A DNA stretch of 36,750 nt from a virus (lineage: Duplodnaviria; Caudoviricetes). Below, in pieces: positions 27,310 to 35,552 of this stretch. The stretch covers positions 1 through 36,750 of IMG/VR virus record IMGVR_UViG_3300032024_000036; one strand, 5' to 3'. Under the pieces are notes generated by a model that was not told where the DNA came from, did no database searches, and saw nothing but the letters and a program-made list of their open reading frames with translations. Position 1 is the stretch's first letter; each line of letters opens with the position of its first letter. The translations under genes and the position numbers were made by a program.

Positions 27310-27899
27310 TTGTATACACTATTATAAACATGCTCCCACATAGATACTAAATCCACATACCTCAGTCCCTGAACTACTTTAAACCAGCCCCTTTTCTCAA
27401 TCAATGACATTTTATATTGTATATCGGGCCATTTGTCAGCACCAGTTTGATCAGACCAAAGAACTCTTCGTTCGATATCTAATGACATAAGATCATAATA
27501 TTTAACCAGCTTGTGTAATTCTTCTGTTATAACACCCCCAAAAAATTTTTGTTCAAAAAGTCGTTCAATTGGCATTGCGAAATCATCATACCCACGACCC
27601 ATTGCGTATTTCACAGGGACTGAGATGTCACCAATGATAGATTCTGCAAAATCGTGTGTAAGACATGCCAAATGTAGTTTGAAATTGATCGGCTCAAAGT
27701 GTCTGGCTAGTATGTAGCACAAATATGAGTGTTGTGCTACAGTGAGAGGTTCAACATTCTTGAAGTGGCCGTTGAAACGGGTGGTATGATTCAGGGAAGT
27801 GTCCACATCACCTATTGTCAGGTCATCCGTTGTCAGATTGTTGATGTCAACATATTTACCAGATGCCAATCGTTCCCAACAATTAACATTGTTAGTCAT
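27306..27899 (-). CDS. HD-domain phosphohydrolase (YfbR-like 5'-deoxynucleotidase family)
   Basis: RFNGH...TVAQHS...LTHDFAESIIGDI motifs. Confidence 0.85.
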   Translation of the reverse strand: MTNNVNCWERLASGKYVDINNLTTDDLTIGDVDTSLNHTTRFNGHFKNVEPLTVAQHSYLCYILARHFEPINFKLHLACLTHDFAESIIGDISVPVKYAMGRGYDDFAMPIERLFEQKFFGGVITEELHKLVKYYDLMSLDIERRVLWSDQTGADKWPDIQYKMSLIEKRGWFKVVQGLRYVDLVSMWEHVYNSVYK

Positions 27900-28140
27900 A
27901 GGACTGTACCATCTTTTTCACTAGTGACCACACACTAGATCGTCGTAAGTGTTCATTGATGGTTAGCTCTTTTTTGGAGCTTTGAATACCAAGTCGTGGT
28001 TCTCCATACTCGATAATAACCCCCTCGTAGTTTGAAATATCTGCTAAATCACTAATATTGTGTAAGACACCTTCGGCTACTAATTTTCTATTTTGTTTGT
28101 TGAGGCTCGAACTCACATATACTTCTACAACTAAGCTCAT
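27892..28140 (-). CDS. Hypothetical protein
   Basis: 82 aa, overlaps both neighbours in the operon. Confidence 0.7.
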   Translation of the reverse strand: MSLVVEVYVSSSLNKQNRKLVAEGVLHNISDLADISNYEGVIIEYGEPRLGIQSSKKELTINEHLRRSSVWSLVKKMVQSYD

Positions 28141-28622
28141 GCTAGTTCCTCCAAATTCACTGGTGTGTAGTTAATTGACTCTACACATACTGATTTATAT
28201 GGACCTTTGGGGCTACCTTTATTGTGGGTGTGCCCATGAATATTTACCCTACCCCTGTGAATACTCTCTTCATGGATGGGTACATGGGAAAATAAAAGAT
28301 TCTTATCATCCCACGCCCTCCACAACATCACTTTTTCAAAAAAGCCACCCGCCGATAAATACTTTACATCATCATGATTACCAACTATAAGCCTCTTTCT
28401 ACCATTTAATCTTGACCAGATATGGGCAAAGTGGCTATGAGAAAAATCCCCCATAACCACATCACCAAGGTGGTAAACCAAATCCCCCCTCTTTACCACT
28501 GAGTTCCAATTATCAATCAATTTTTCATTCATTTCTTCTACACTTTTAAAAGGCCTATCGCAGTATTTGATAATATTCTGGTGGAAGAAATGTGTATCAG
28601 AAATGAACCAATAATCTCTCAT
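28137..28622 (-). CDS. Calcineurin-like metallophosphoesterase
   Basis: SDTH, LGDV, GNHD and HGHTH motifs. Confidence 0.92.
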   Translation of the reverse strand: MRDYWFISDTHFFHQNIIKYCDRPFKSVEEMNEKLIDNWNSVVKRGDLVYHLGDVVMGDFSHSHFAHIWSRLNGRKRLIVGNHDDVKYLSAGGFFEKVMLWRAWDDKNLLFSHVPIHEESIHRGRVNIHGHTHNKGSPKGPYKSVCVESINYTPVNLEELA

Positions 28623-29383
28623 GTAGCATTTCTCCCACTATTAACTTTGATATCTTTATCGGTGTATCTGGCATGACCCCACCCACCACAATCGTTACAC
28701 TGAAATTTCTTGTAGCATAGGCCGGCCTTTGTAAAGTAATAGCCGCGCCACTGCAAATTTTCGCTGCCACACTTGGGGCAATGAACAGATTCATCATAAA
28801 CCATGTGGGTTACATTGGGATGGTTACGCATATAGGGTCGTAACCTTAAATACAAGGCTTCCAATGAAACAACATCATCAATGTTGTATTCTTTCAGTTC
28901 ATTCCAAGCAGCCTCAGTTCCTTTGAGACATTCCATCCATAAAACAAATCCAGGATACTTCTTATGATCACTTTTAAGGGGCAGTCCGAGTTCATCACAC
29001 AGGTTGGCCAATGAATTACTAACCATACGAAGCTCTCTGCGAGCAACTGTCAATGTGTCCACTACAAAATAGGGACTGGGTGGACTATACCTATGCACCA
29101 CCCCTCTGCCAATAATGACAGGCAGGTCAAACTTCTTGCCATTGTGTGCAACCACTATATCTGCTTCATCAAGCAACGTATACAACGAATATACAATGGA
29201 TGCGTCGTCATTACTCCTATTTTCTTGATAGATGATTTCATCTGAACCCAGCCATTTGGCCGCAAAAGACATGATATGAGTTTTTTGCAACCACTGCTCC
29301 TGACGGATATTCTGTTGCCAAGCCCCCCATACATACGCAATGTTGGGTGCTGTTTCAATATCCAAGATAAGAATTTTAGCCAT
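28619..29383 (-). CDS. DnaQ/RNase H-like 3'-5' exonuclease with C-terminal zinc ribbon
   Basis: ILDIET, HNGKKFD and YNIDDV DEDD motifs; CPKC...CNDC. Start moved to ATG 29383. Confidence 0.85.
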   Translation of the reverse strand: MAKILILDIETAPNIAYVWGAWQQNIRQEQWLQKTHIMSFAAKWLGSDEIIYQENRSNDDASIVYSLYTLLDEADIVVAHNGKKFDLPVIIGRGVVHRYSPPSPYFVVDTLTVARRELRMVSNSLANLCDELGLPLKSDHKKYPGFVLWMECLKGTEAAWNELKEYNIDDVVSLEALYLRLRPYMRNHPNVTHMVYDESVHCPKCGSENLQWRGYYFTKAGLCYKKFQCNDCGGWGHARYTDKDIKVNSGRNAT

Positions 29384-29543
29384 GGAGTGTACTATATCCT
29401 TTTTCAACACATAGCGTACCATTGACGGCTTTATCTACTCTTTCGTTGATAAACACCACCAAATCGTCAAATAATTTACCATGTAAAACAAAATCATGCT
29501 CAGCAAAGAATAATCCGAGTTGGTCTTCCAAACTACTTTCCAT
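29376..29543 (-). CDS. Small hypothetical protein (55 aa) missing from the ORF track
   Basis: AGGAGG RBS then ATG; MESSLEDQLGLFFAEHDFVLHGKLFDDLVVFINERVDKAVNGTLCVEKGYSTLHG; stop overlaps the exonuclease start. Confidence 0.7.
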   Translation of the reverse strand: MESSLEDQLGLFFAEHDFVLHGKLFDDLVVFINERVDKAVNGTLCVEKGYSTLHG

Positions 29544-29628
29544 TAAAATCCTCCTATCTCACATTAACCATGGGTATGTAATGATGCTTAAAATAAAAAT
29601 ATATATAACTACCATTTGCAGATATTTA

Positions 29629-29949
29629 CTACGAAGTGCGGTCATCTTCACCTATTTCTCTTTGCTCATATGTGATAAGGAAAGCAACACAACACGCCGC
29701 GTGCCACAAGTGCGGGTAACCACTCTCGGAGTCATACTTCTCCCCTCTCCACCAACTCCACATGTGTCGCATCATAGCCCCGAATATTCTGGACCATTTC
29801 ATACCCATTTCCCAATTGCGATCTACGTATTTTTGAGCGCCATAGGTCAGAACATCCCCAATAGCAAATACTATTTCCGGGGGGATAAGCTCTAATCGGT
29901 TCTTGCCGCTATCGAACTTAATCCCACTTCCATGGGGATCACCACTCAT
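29629..29949 (-). CDS. dATP/dGTP diphosphohydrolase-domain protein (DUF5664-like)
   Basis: KFDSGKNRLELIP...YGAQKY..RNWEMG...RH......D.ESG.PHLWHAACC family signature. Confidence 0.85.
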   Translation of the reverse strand: MSGDPHGSGIKFDSGKNRLELIPPEIVFAIGDVLTYGAQKYVDRNWEMGMKWSRIFGAMMRHMWSWWRGEKYDSESGYPHLWHAACCVAFLITYEQREIGEDDRTS

Positions 29950-30142
29950 TACAAATGATCTGGGTGTACTTTGTTTGGGGCAGTTTGGGCGTCCTTTGGC
30001 GCCCGATATCCTCAGCCAAATGGGCGACAGCCCGTAGACAGGCGTGCAGATTTGGACTATGTAAAGAGTAAGGTCTGTCGCTGATAATACCCTCTGCTAC
30101 ATAACCATTTTCATCTTCGTGTACATCAATTGTAAACTTCAT
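29939..30142 (-). CDS. Hypothetical protein (possible HicB-like fold)
   Basis: Start moved to MKFTIDVHEDENGYVAE; overlaps its neighbours. Confidence 0.55.
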   Translation of the reverse strand: MKFTIDVHEDENGYVAEGIISDRPYSLHSPNLHACLRAVAHLAEDIGRQRTPKLPQTKYTQIICNEW

Positions 30143-30380
30143 TTTCCACAATCTCCAAACCTTTTGTAACCTGGTGGCGGACAGCATCTAATCCCTTTTC
30201 TTTAATGAGGATTCCAATCATGTACATTTGTCGCTTTTCTCCCTCATCAAACATTTCGATGTAGTCCTGCGTAGATTCCCTACCAAAATCATTAAACAGG
30301 TTATTCATGTAAACCACCCTATTAAACACACGAAGCGGGAGGTGGTGAACGTCATCAAATCTTTCAAATACCGTCATCAA
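30126..30380 (-). CDS. Hypothetical protein
   Basis: 84 aa in the tightly packed minus-strand operon. Confidence 0.7.
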   Translation of the reverse strand: MMTVFERFDDVHHLPLRVFNRVVYMNNLFNDFGRESTQDYIEMFDEGEKRQMYMIGILIKEKGLDAVRHQVTKGLEIVENEVYN

Positions 30381-30789
30381 ATTCTTCCTTTCTAATTTTT
30401 CTTGATCCTACTGCCGTGCCTCTTTCTCTAGAACTTTTTTCGTCATGACATTTCTTACACAACAGTTGTAAATTTTCTTTTTCACAAAACATATTTTCAA
30501 TGTAGTCATCCCAATTCGTAAAACCAGTCTCAGGATTTACAATTGGGTTAATATGGTCCACAAAGATGTTTCTCACCCTCTTTCTTCCATCTTTCACGGT
30601 GACTGGAACTGTTTCTTTACATATCTGACACTTATACATACCCCTATCAGATCGGGCATCCTTTTCTGTTTCTGCTATTGGTGCCCACCTACGGGTTCCC
30701 TGACGGAGTAGTGAGGTGATAAATGACTTATAACGGGATTCTGTCCATTGCCCATTACATCTTGTTTTCGGTCCACTTGGCCTACCCAT
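30364..30789 (-). CDS. HNH endonuclease
   Basis: CQIC...VDHINP...NLQLLCKKCH. Confidence 0.88.
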   Translation of the reverse strand: MGRPSGPKTRCNGQWTESRYKSFITSLLRQGTRRWAPIAETEKDARSDRGMYKCQICKETVPVTVKDGRKRVRNIFVDHINPIVNPETGFTNWDDYIENMFCEKENLQLLCKKCHDEKSSRERGTAVGSRKIRKEEFDDGI

Positions 30790-31016
30790 TATGTTTCTAC
30801 ATAGCCCACAATTTTGACGTATGTCTTTGATGGGTGAAGGCCGTCAATACAGTTACAGGCACTAGTATAACTATCAAAACGCCTGTCATTGCCCCAAGCC
30901 TGTTTCAACCTCACCCAAATGGTATCTTTGAAAATCCAAAACCCAACTTCATGTTCCTCTTCTACATAGTAGCCACGGATATCATTCCGGCATTCTTCAA
31001 TGATCCGGTATTTCAT
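30789..31016 (-). CDS. Hypothetical protein
   Basis: 75 aa, coupled to the HNH start. Confidence 0.65.
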   Translation of the reverse strand: MKYRIIEECRNDIRGYYVEEEHEVGFWIFKDTIWVRLKQAWGNDRRFDSYTSACNCIDGLHPSKTYVKIVGYVET

Positions 31017-31833
31017 ATCGTATACCCCTTTCTCTAATCATCCACAACAAATCAGCCTGTTCCATAAAGAATGTTTTTGCATGTCCCACCCCCACAGTGG
31101 TAATATACTCCTTTTTTACTGTTTTATATAAGCCTATTTCACTATTTACATCTACAAGAAGTTTGTACGCGGTCTTCTTACCATACCCCGGCAACCCTGG
31201 GATATTATCCGCACTATCCCCGACTAGCATTTGGTAGTAAAAGAATTTTTTACCATAGCCAATAAAATCGTCTTTGCGTGGGACCAGCCAACCCAGATCA
31301 TCAGTTTCTTCTGGGCCAATCGCTCTCTGTGAACCGCATTCCCAGGAATAATGCCAACCAGGACAAATCCTCAAGTCCTTATCCCTCGAACATATGGTTG
31401 AATCACCATATTTCTTGGAGTATTGGGCCATACAAAGTTCATCATCAGCCTCATATCCATCTGCACTAATACACAAGTCATAGTTACCATCAAGATACAT
31501 CAAAATATTATAGAAGTGAAAAGGTTTTGGATTGTTACGAGTACCCTTATAGGGTTTTGTCTTAGCCACACTATAACGAAAAGTCTCTATGTATTCTGGG
31601 ACCACATTAACAAACCTGTGTCGATGCTCTGAAATCCAGATGGAGTTAGTCACAAATAGTATTGGTTTGCTTGTGGCGTACACATTTATACATATCTGTT
31701 TAATCTTTTCGTCAAGTAATTCAGATACATGATCAAAATCAAGTAGAACTTGTTCGCCGCTAGTTTTATCCTTAAATTCCCCTGACCACCCTAACTCATG
31801 TAAAAGAATATCCGCGTCAATTAGTGGTGTCAT
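30997..31833 (-). CDS. 5'-3' exonuclease (FEN / T7 gp6-like)
   Basis: LIDAD, YKGTR, YEADD, DKDL and GDSADNIPGLPGYGKK motifs. Confidence 0.92.
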   Translation of the reverse strand: MTPLIDADILLHELGWSGEFKDKTSGEQVLLDFDHVSELLDEKIKQICINVYATSKPILFVTNSIWISEHRHRFVNVVPEYIETFRYSVAKTKPYKGTRNNPKPFHFYNILMYLDGNYDLCISADGYEADDELCMAQYSKKYGDSTICSRDKDLRICPGWHYSWECGSQRAIGPEETDDLGWLVPRKDDFIGYGKKFFYYQMLVGDSADNIPGLPGYGKKTAYKLLVDVNSEIGLYKTVKKEYITTVGVGHAKTFFMEQADLLWMIRERGIRYEIPDH

Positions 31834-31942
31834 TGTTTGGGCAACCTTTTAAATCCCTCTTCATGTTCTTTTGAGACCTCCTTTATTGTTTTGTATTCAC
31901 TAACAGACCAGTGGCTACAATCATCAGTCGGGGAGTCTTGAT

Positions 31943-32257
31943 CTACTCCTTATACTGGTTTTTCAGATTGTCCTGTGCCCATGCTAATGTCTCCTCATCA
32001 ACTTTTTCCAGATTTCTGGGATCAACTAGATATGCCCTATAGTCGTTATCTTGGCTAGGTATCAGAACTTTTTCATCATCCACTTTTACCACAATTACCA
32101 AAAGACGTTGTAAATACAAGTCCTTTTTAGAAGCTGGAACGGGCTTTACGCCCGTCACCATTACCATATCACTCCTATATAGGCCACTACCCTTCATTTT
32201 CTTATCACTGATTACCCAGCAGTAGTCCATAGGCTTGATCATATCACCAATCTTCAT
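31943..32257 (-). CDS. Hypothetical protein
   Basis: Likely start at ATG 32257 or 32242; the upstream part of the 170-aa ORF overlaps SSB out of frame. Confidence 0.65.
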   Translation of the reverse strand: MKIGDMIKPMDYCWVISDKKMKGSGLYRSDMVMVTGVKPVPASKKDLYLQRLLVIVVKVDDEKVLIPSQDNDYRAYLVDPRNLEKVDEETLAWAQDNLKNQYKE

Positions 32258-32948
32258 TTTCTTCTTCTTCTTCCCCCTTTGTTCCACTCTCGCCATCGTC
32301 TTTGACCTCTTTACCATCCTCTTCTGGTTCCTCTGGCAGTTCCTTAAGTAACTTTTCCAACTGACTCCCGTTAAAATCCAGGTTCTCTTTAATATTAACC
32401 TGAAGCCACTGCGGGAGAGACAGAAAAATCTCCATATCAGGGTCGTCAATATCAAATATCTTTGGCGTATTAATTAGATTAGTTGCCTTCTTAACATCCT
32501 TATCCCGCATAGACGAGACCCCAGTAATATTGTTGTACCTACGAGTTTTGTCTTTTTGACTCACATTTTGCACAACAGTAATCATACAGGGGGTACCAAT
32601 CAACTTACTCCAATCCCCCTCATGTTTTGCCACAGGATCGAGTGCATAATACCTCTTGGTAGATTTTGCTAAATCACTATCCAAGGAGTGCATGGCAAAT
32701 GTCTCGCTAATGAAGCGTGGTTTCTCTGGGATATCTACACCGTCATCATCTTTAAGAAACTCATCTAAAAGTTCATACACCACATAAAGTTCATGTTTAG
32801 GTGGCTTGGCTTTTTCTTTATAGTCAGCCTGTACTTGAAGCCCCTTGTCGATAACCCAAACCACTCGACCGGGGTAAGTACCCGGCTCCAACGGGTCAGG
32901 CCGCTTAAATTTACTTTCTTGTTTGAAATCTTTAGCATTAAGAGACAT
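32244..32948 (-). CDS. Single-stranded DNA-binding protein (gp2.5-like)
   Basis: Follows PolA; highly acidic C-terminal tail ending in an aromatic residue (EEEEENEDW). Confidence 0.7.
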   Translation of the reverse strand: MSLNAKDFKQESKFKRPDPLEPGTYPGRVVWVIDKGLQVQADYKEKAKPPKHELYVVYELLDEFLKDDDGVDIPEKPRFISETFAMHSLDSDLAKSTKRYYALDPVAKHEGDWSKLIGTPCMITVVQNVSQKDKTRRYNNITGVSSMRDKDVKKATNLINTPKIFDIDDPDMEIFLSLPQWLQVNIKENLDFNGSQLEKLLKELPEEPEEDGKEVKDDGESGTKGEEEEENEDW

Positions 32949-33141
32949 TAGTATTATCCTTTTTCATCTGTCGATACAATTCGTATGCTTCGTCAACACC
33001 TTCCCAATTATCAATACCAGAGGCATTCAAAGCTTCCAACCATAAACTATCTTCAACAAGGGAAGTATAGGTTGAGAGTGGAATAGTGATAGTAACTTCA
33101 GTTGGGAACAGTTCATATTGGTCATTAATGGATGTTTGCAT
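32938..33141 (-). CDS. Hypothetical phage protein (GIDNWEG motif)
   Basis: Between PolA and SSB; start moved to MQTS. Confidence 0.65.
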   Translation of the reverse strand: MQTSINDQYELFPTEVTITIPLSTYTSLVEDSLWLEALNASGIDNWEGVDEAYELYRQMKKDNTNVS

Positions 33142-35029
33142 AGGTTTCCCCAAATTGAATATCCACGGAAAGATTTACATTCAATTTTAACAGGTCATTA
33201 ACTCTTGTAATGGAGTTATTCAACAAAGTTTTACACCTTTCTTCAGAACCTTTTTTGATTTCCAGAACAATTTCATCATGGAATTGTGCAGTTAGTTGTG
33301 GTCGTACCTTTCTTATCTCCTTTATCCAACTATCAAAACAAAATACACCTGTACTCTGGTTCAACGTAGAAAAAACGTCTTTCATGTAACGAAGAGAATA
33401 CCAAAAACGACTGACTGGGTTATACAGCCACATTTCCTTCCCTAGTTTCTTAACTGTGATATCTTCACAGAGGGCTTTAACAGCCCAATTACGGCCCCAA
33501 TAAGCATCTATGAGGGCTAGTGCCGTAGAAACCTTCAACCCCGTTGTATTGGCCAATTTAGGCGCCCCCACGCCATAAATACATGCATAGTTTGCTGACT
33601 TGTATTGTTTTCTCAGACCGTCAATCTTGGCAAACCTAATAAACCTGTCTTTCCAATCCTCCCCCTTGGCTTTTCCATCTTTTTGTGCCTGTTTAAATTC
33701 CTTGTAGAAGAGTATCTCTCCCTCTCCCAATACTTTGGCGTGTTTTGCCAAGTCCAAATGAGGGTCAAATCCAGGAGTAGACATCTCCCTAACAAATTCG
33801 GGGTCATACGGGTACATATAATGTTTCTTTGTGTTTTCTTCAAGTGAGGACATATCACTACCACAAAGAATATAGCCATCTCTGGCAATCAAACTCCCTC
33901 TTATATCCCCACCGTAAGGTTTATAAACACCGGGTAAATTCACAAGCACCCTGTGTTTCAAGCGTAGTGTATTTGTAAACCCACCTGCACTAGCAGTTAA
34001 ATACCCGTCATTCTCATTCTCTAAAAATCCCTTGAGGATAGATATCCTATGCTGTAGAATAGTTAACCCATCTAGTACATTTACTTTTGAGTGAGTTCTG
34101 GCTAACAATAAGACACTGGGGCATAATTCTTTACCTTCATCCCCTTCTATACGAACTTGGGGGATTTTTCGCGTTGTCCCATCAGAGTTAGTTTCAAATT
34201 TGAAACTAGCGGGTTTCCACCCAAGTCCAAATAACCAATTCTTCACTTGCTCATGGCTATTTGGGTTAGGTTCTTCTGTGTGGGATAAGACAGGGACTTC
34301 ACCTGAAAAATCCTCCCCTAGATTGGCACTCCTCAAAAGTGCAAACCATTTGGCACCAGTTACGGAATAGGTGCCATCTTTTTTAAAAGGTTTTGATGGC
34401 CGCGTTTTCATCAAGTATTTTTTTACTGGTGGCATAACTCCCTTTAATTCAACTATTCGTTCATCTTGCTCTACCAACAATTTGTCGAGTGTTAATTTAA
34501 CCCTATCAATATTGACTTTCCATCTTGATCCTTCTTGCTCTCTGACGCAGTCCATTTTGAAGGATAGGTATCTGATTAGCCTATCAGCTTCCCCTTTGTC
34601 AGTATAAAGGACCAATAATTTGCCTTTTAATTGCTGCCATAGGTGTGAAGTAATCTTGACATCTTCTTCACATCTACGCCGATACTCTTCTTGTGTGAGT
34701 GTATTCCAGTCAGTAATCAGGGGTTTTGGTACTCCAAATTCCACACCGTAGGATTCCAATCCATGTAAATTACGAGTGTGATTCAAGTACCATGACAAGG
34801 CCAATGTGTCGATTAATCTGGCCTTGATATTAATGCCCAAAATTCTTTCTACTAGGGGCACATCATAACAAATTATATTATGTCCAATAAGTGTTTTAGC
34901 GGATAGAAAAATTTTCCGCATTTCATCATAGTCATGTGTACTAAAAACTTTGCCACCACATTCATATGAAAGGACGTGTATTTTTGTGGCCTTATTTAGT
35001 AAACCGTCAGCTTCCACATCTATGATCAT
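33125..35029 (-). CDS. DNA polymerase family A with 3'-5' exonuclease
   Basis: Exo motifs IDVEAD, GHNIICYD, CEEDV; motif A DMSSLE, motif B RKQYKSANYACIYG, motif C FHDE. Start moved to ATG 35029. Confidence 0.95.
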   Translation of the reverse strand: MIIDVEADGLLNKATKIHVLSYECGGKVFSTHDYDEMRKIFLSAKTLIGHNIICYDVPLVERILGINIKARLIDTLALSWYLNHTRNLHGLESYGVEFGVPKPLITDWNTLTQEEYRRRCEEDVKITSHLWQQLKGKLLVLYTDKGEADRLIRYLSFKMDCVREQEGSRWKVNIDRVKLTLDKLLVEQDERIVELKGVMPPVKKYLMKTRPSKPFKKDGTYSVTGAKWFALLRSANLGEDFSGEVPVLSHTEEPNPNSHEQVKNWLFGLGWKPASFKFETNSDGTTRKIPQVRIEGDEGKELCPSVLLLARTHSKVNVLDGLTILQHRISILKGFLENENDGYLTASAGGFTNTLRLKHRVLVNLPGVYKPYGGDIRGSLIARDGYILCGSDMSSLEENTKKHYMYPYDPEFVREMSTPGFDPHLDLAKHAKVLGEGEILFYKEFKQAQKDGKAKGEDWKDRFIRFAKIDGLRKQYKSANYACIYGVGAPKLANTTGLKVSTALALIDAYWGRNWAVKALCEDITVKKLGKEMWLYNPVSRFWYSLRYMKDVFSTLNQSTGVFCFDSWIKEIRKVRPQLTAQFHDEIVLEIKKGSEERCKTLLNNSITRVNDLLKLNVNLSVDIQFGETYANIH

Positions 35030-35030
35030 T

Positions 35031-35516
35031 TCATAAAAGTTTCTCCCTAAACCTGTTAATAATAGTTGTAACATTGGTTTGGCTTACACCTAAACCCATC
35101 CCAGAGATTTCTGGGGAACTATACCCAAACAGAAAAAACAATTGTAGAACTTTTCTGTGCTTATAGTTATCCACTTCGTGTAATTTTTTTAATAGGAAAG
35201 ATCGAAACTCAGGAGATACCTGCAACATATTATATTCCAGGGCATCCTCATTAGTTGCATTCTTATTTATTTGCTTTGGCTGTTGACCACTCTGCTTCTT
35301 CATGTCCCACAGAACATTGAACATAATGGAATTGAACCAAGTCTCGAACCCGGCCCTATTTCCATTAAAAATATGTCTGTACCTAATTACTCTCTCAAAA
35401 GCCTCTTGAACAACATCCTCTGCGGTGATACCATCCCCATTTAGGGTGTATGTGATCACTTTTACCTTTTTGTGGTAAAGTCTTCGATAAAAATCTTCAA
35501 TCTCTTTTAACTCCAT
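35031..35516 (-). CDS. ECF-type RNA polymerase sigma factor
   Basis: AEDVVQEAF and FETWF...N..WD (region 2); RKVLQL...GYSSPEIS..LGVSQTNV...INRFREKL (region 4 HTH). Confidence 0.88.
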   Translation of the reverse strand: MELKEIEDFYRRLYHKKVKVITYTLNGDGITAEDVVQEAFERVIRYRHIFNGNRAGFETWFNSIMFNVLWDMKKQSGQQPKQINKNATNEDALEYNMLQVSPEFRSFLLKKLHEVDNYKHRKVLQLFFLFGYSSPEISGMGLGVSQTNVTTIINRFREKLL

Positions 35517-35552
35517 CTTAAATTTTTCCTAAAATTCCTTCATTCCATATCC

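Noticed and set aside
29422-29895. 157-aa + strand ORF
   Set aside because: Antisense to supported minus-strand genes; no motifs.
27306-29949. 2-aminoadenine (Z) genome pathway
   Set aside because: HD and diphosphohydrolase genes are present but no PurZ is in the window; both families are common in unmodified phages.
31830-31949. 39-codon open frame on the minus strand ending in an ATGA overlap with the exonuclease start
   Set aside because: No start codon; it may be a gene relic or sequencing error but cannot be supported as a CDS.
3344-35029. Introns/inteins in TerL, RNR or PolA; tRNA genes
   Set aside because: These genes are contiguous and of normal or minimal length, and no cloverleaf was seen in the few intergenic gaps.
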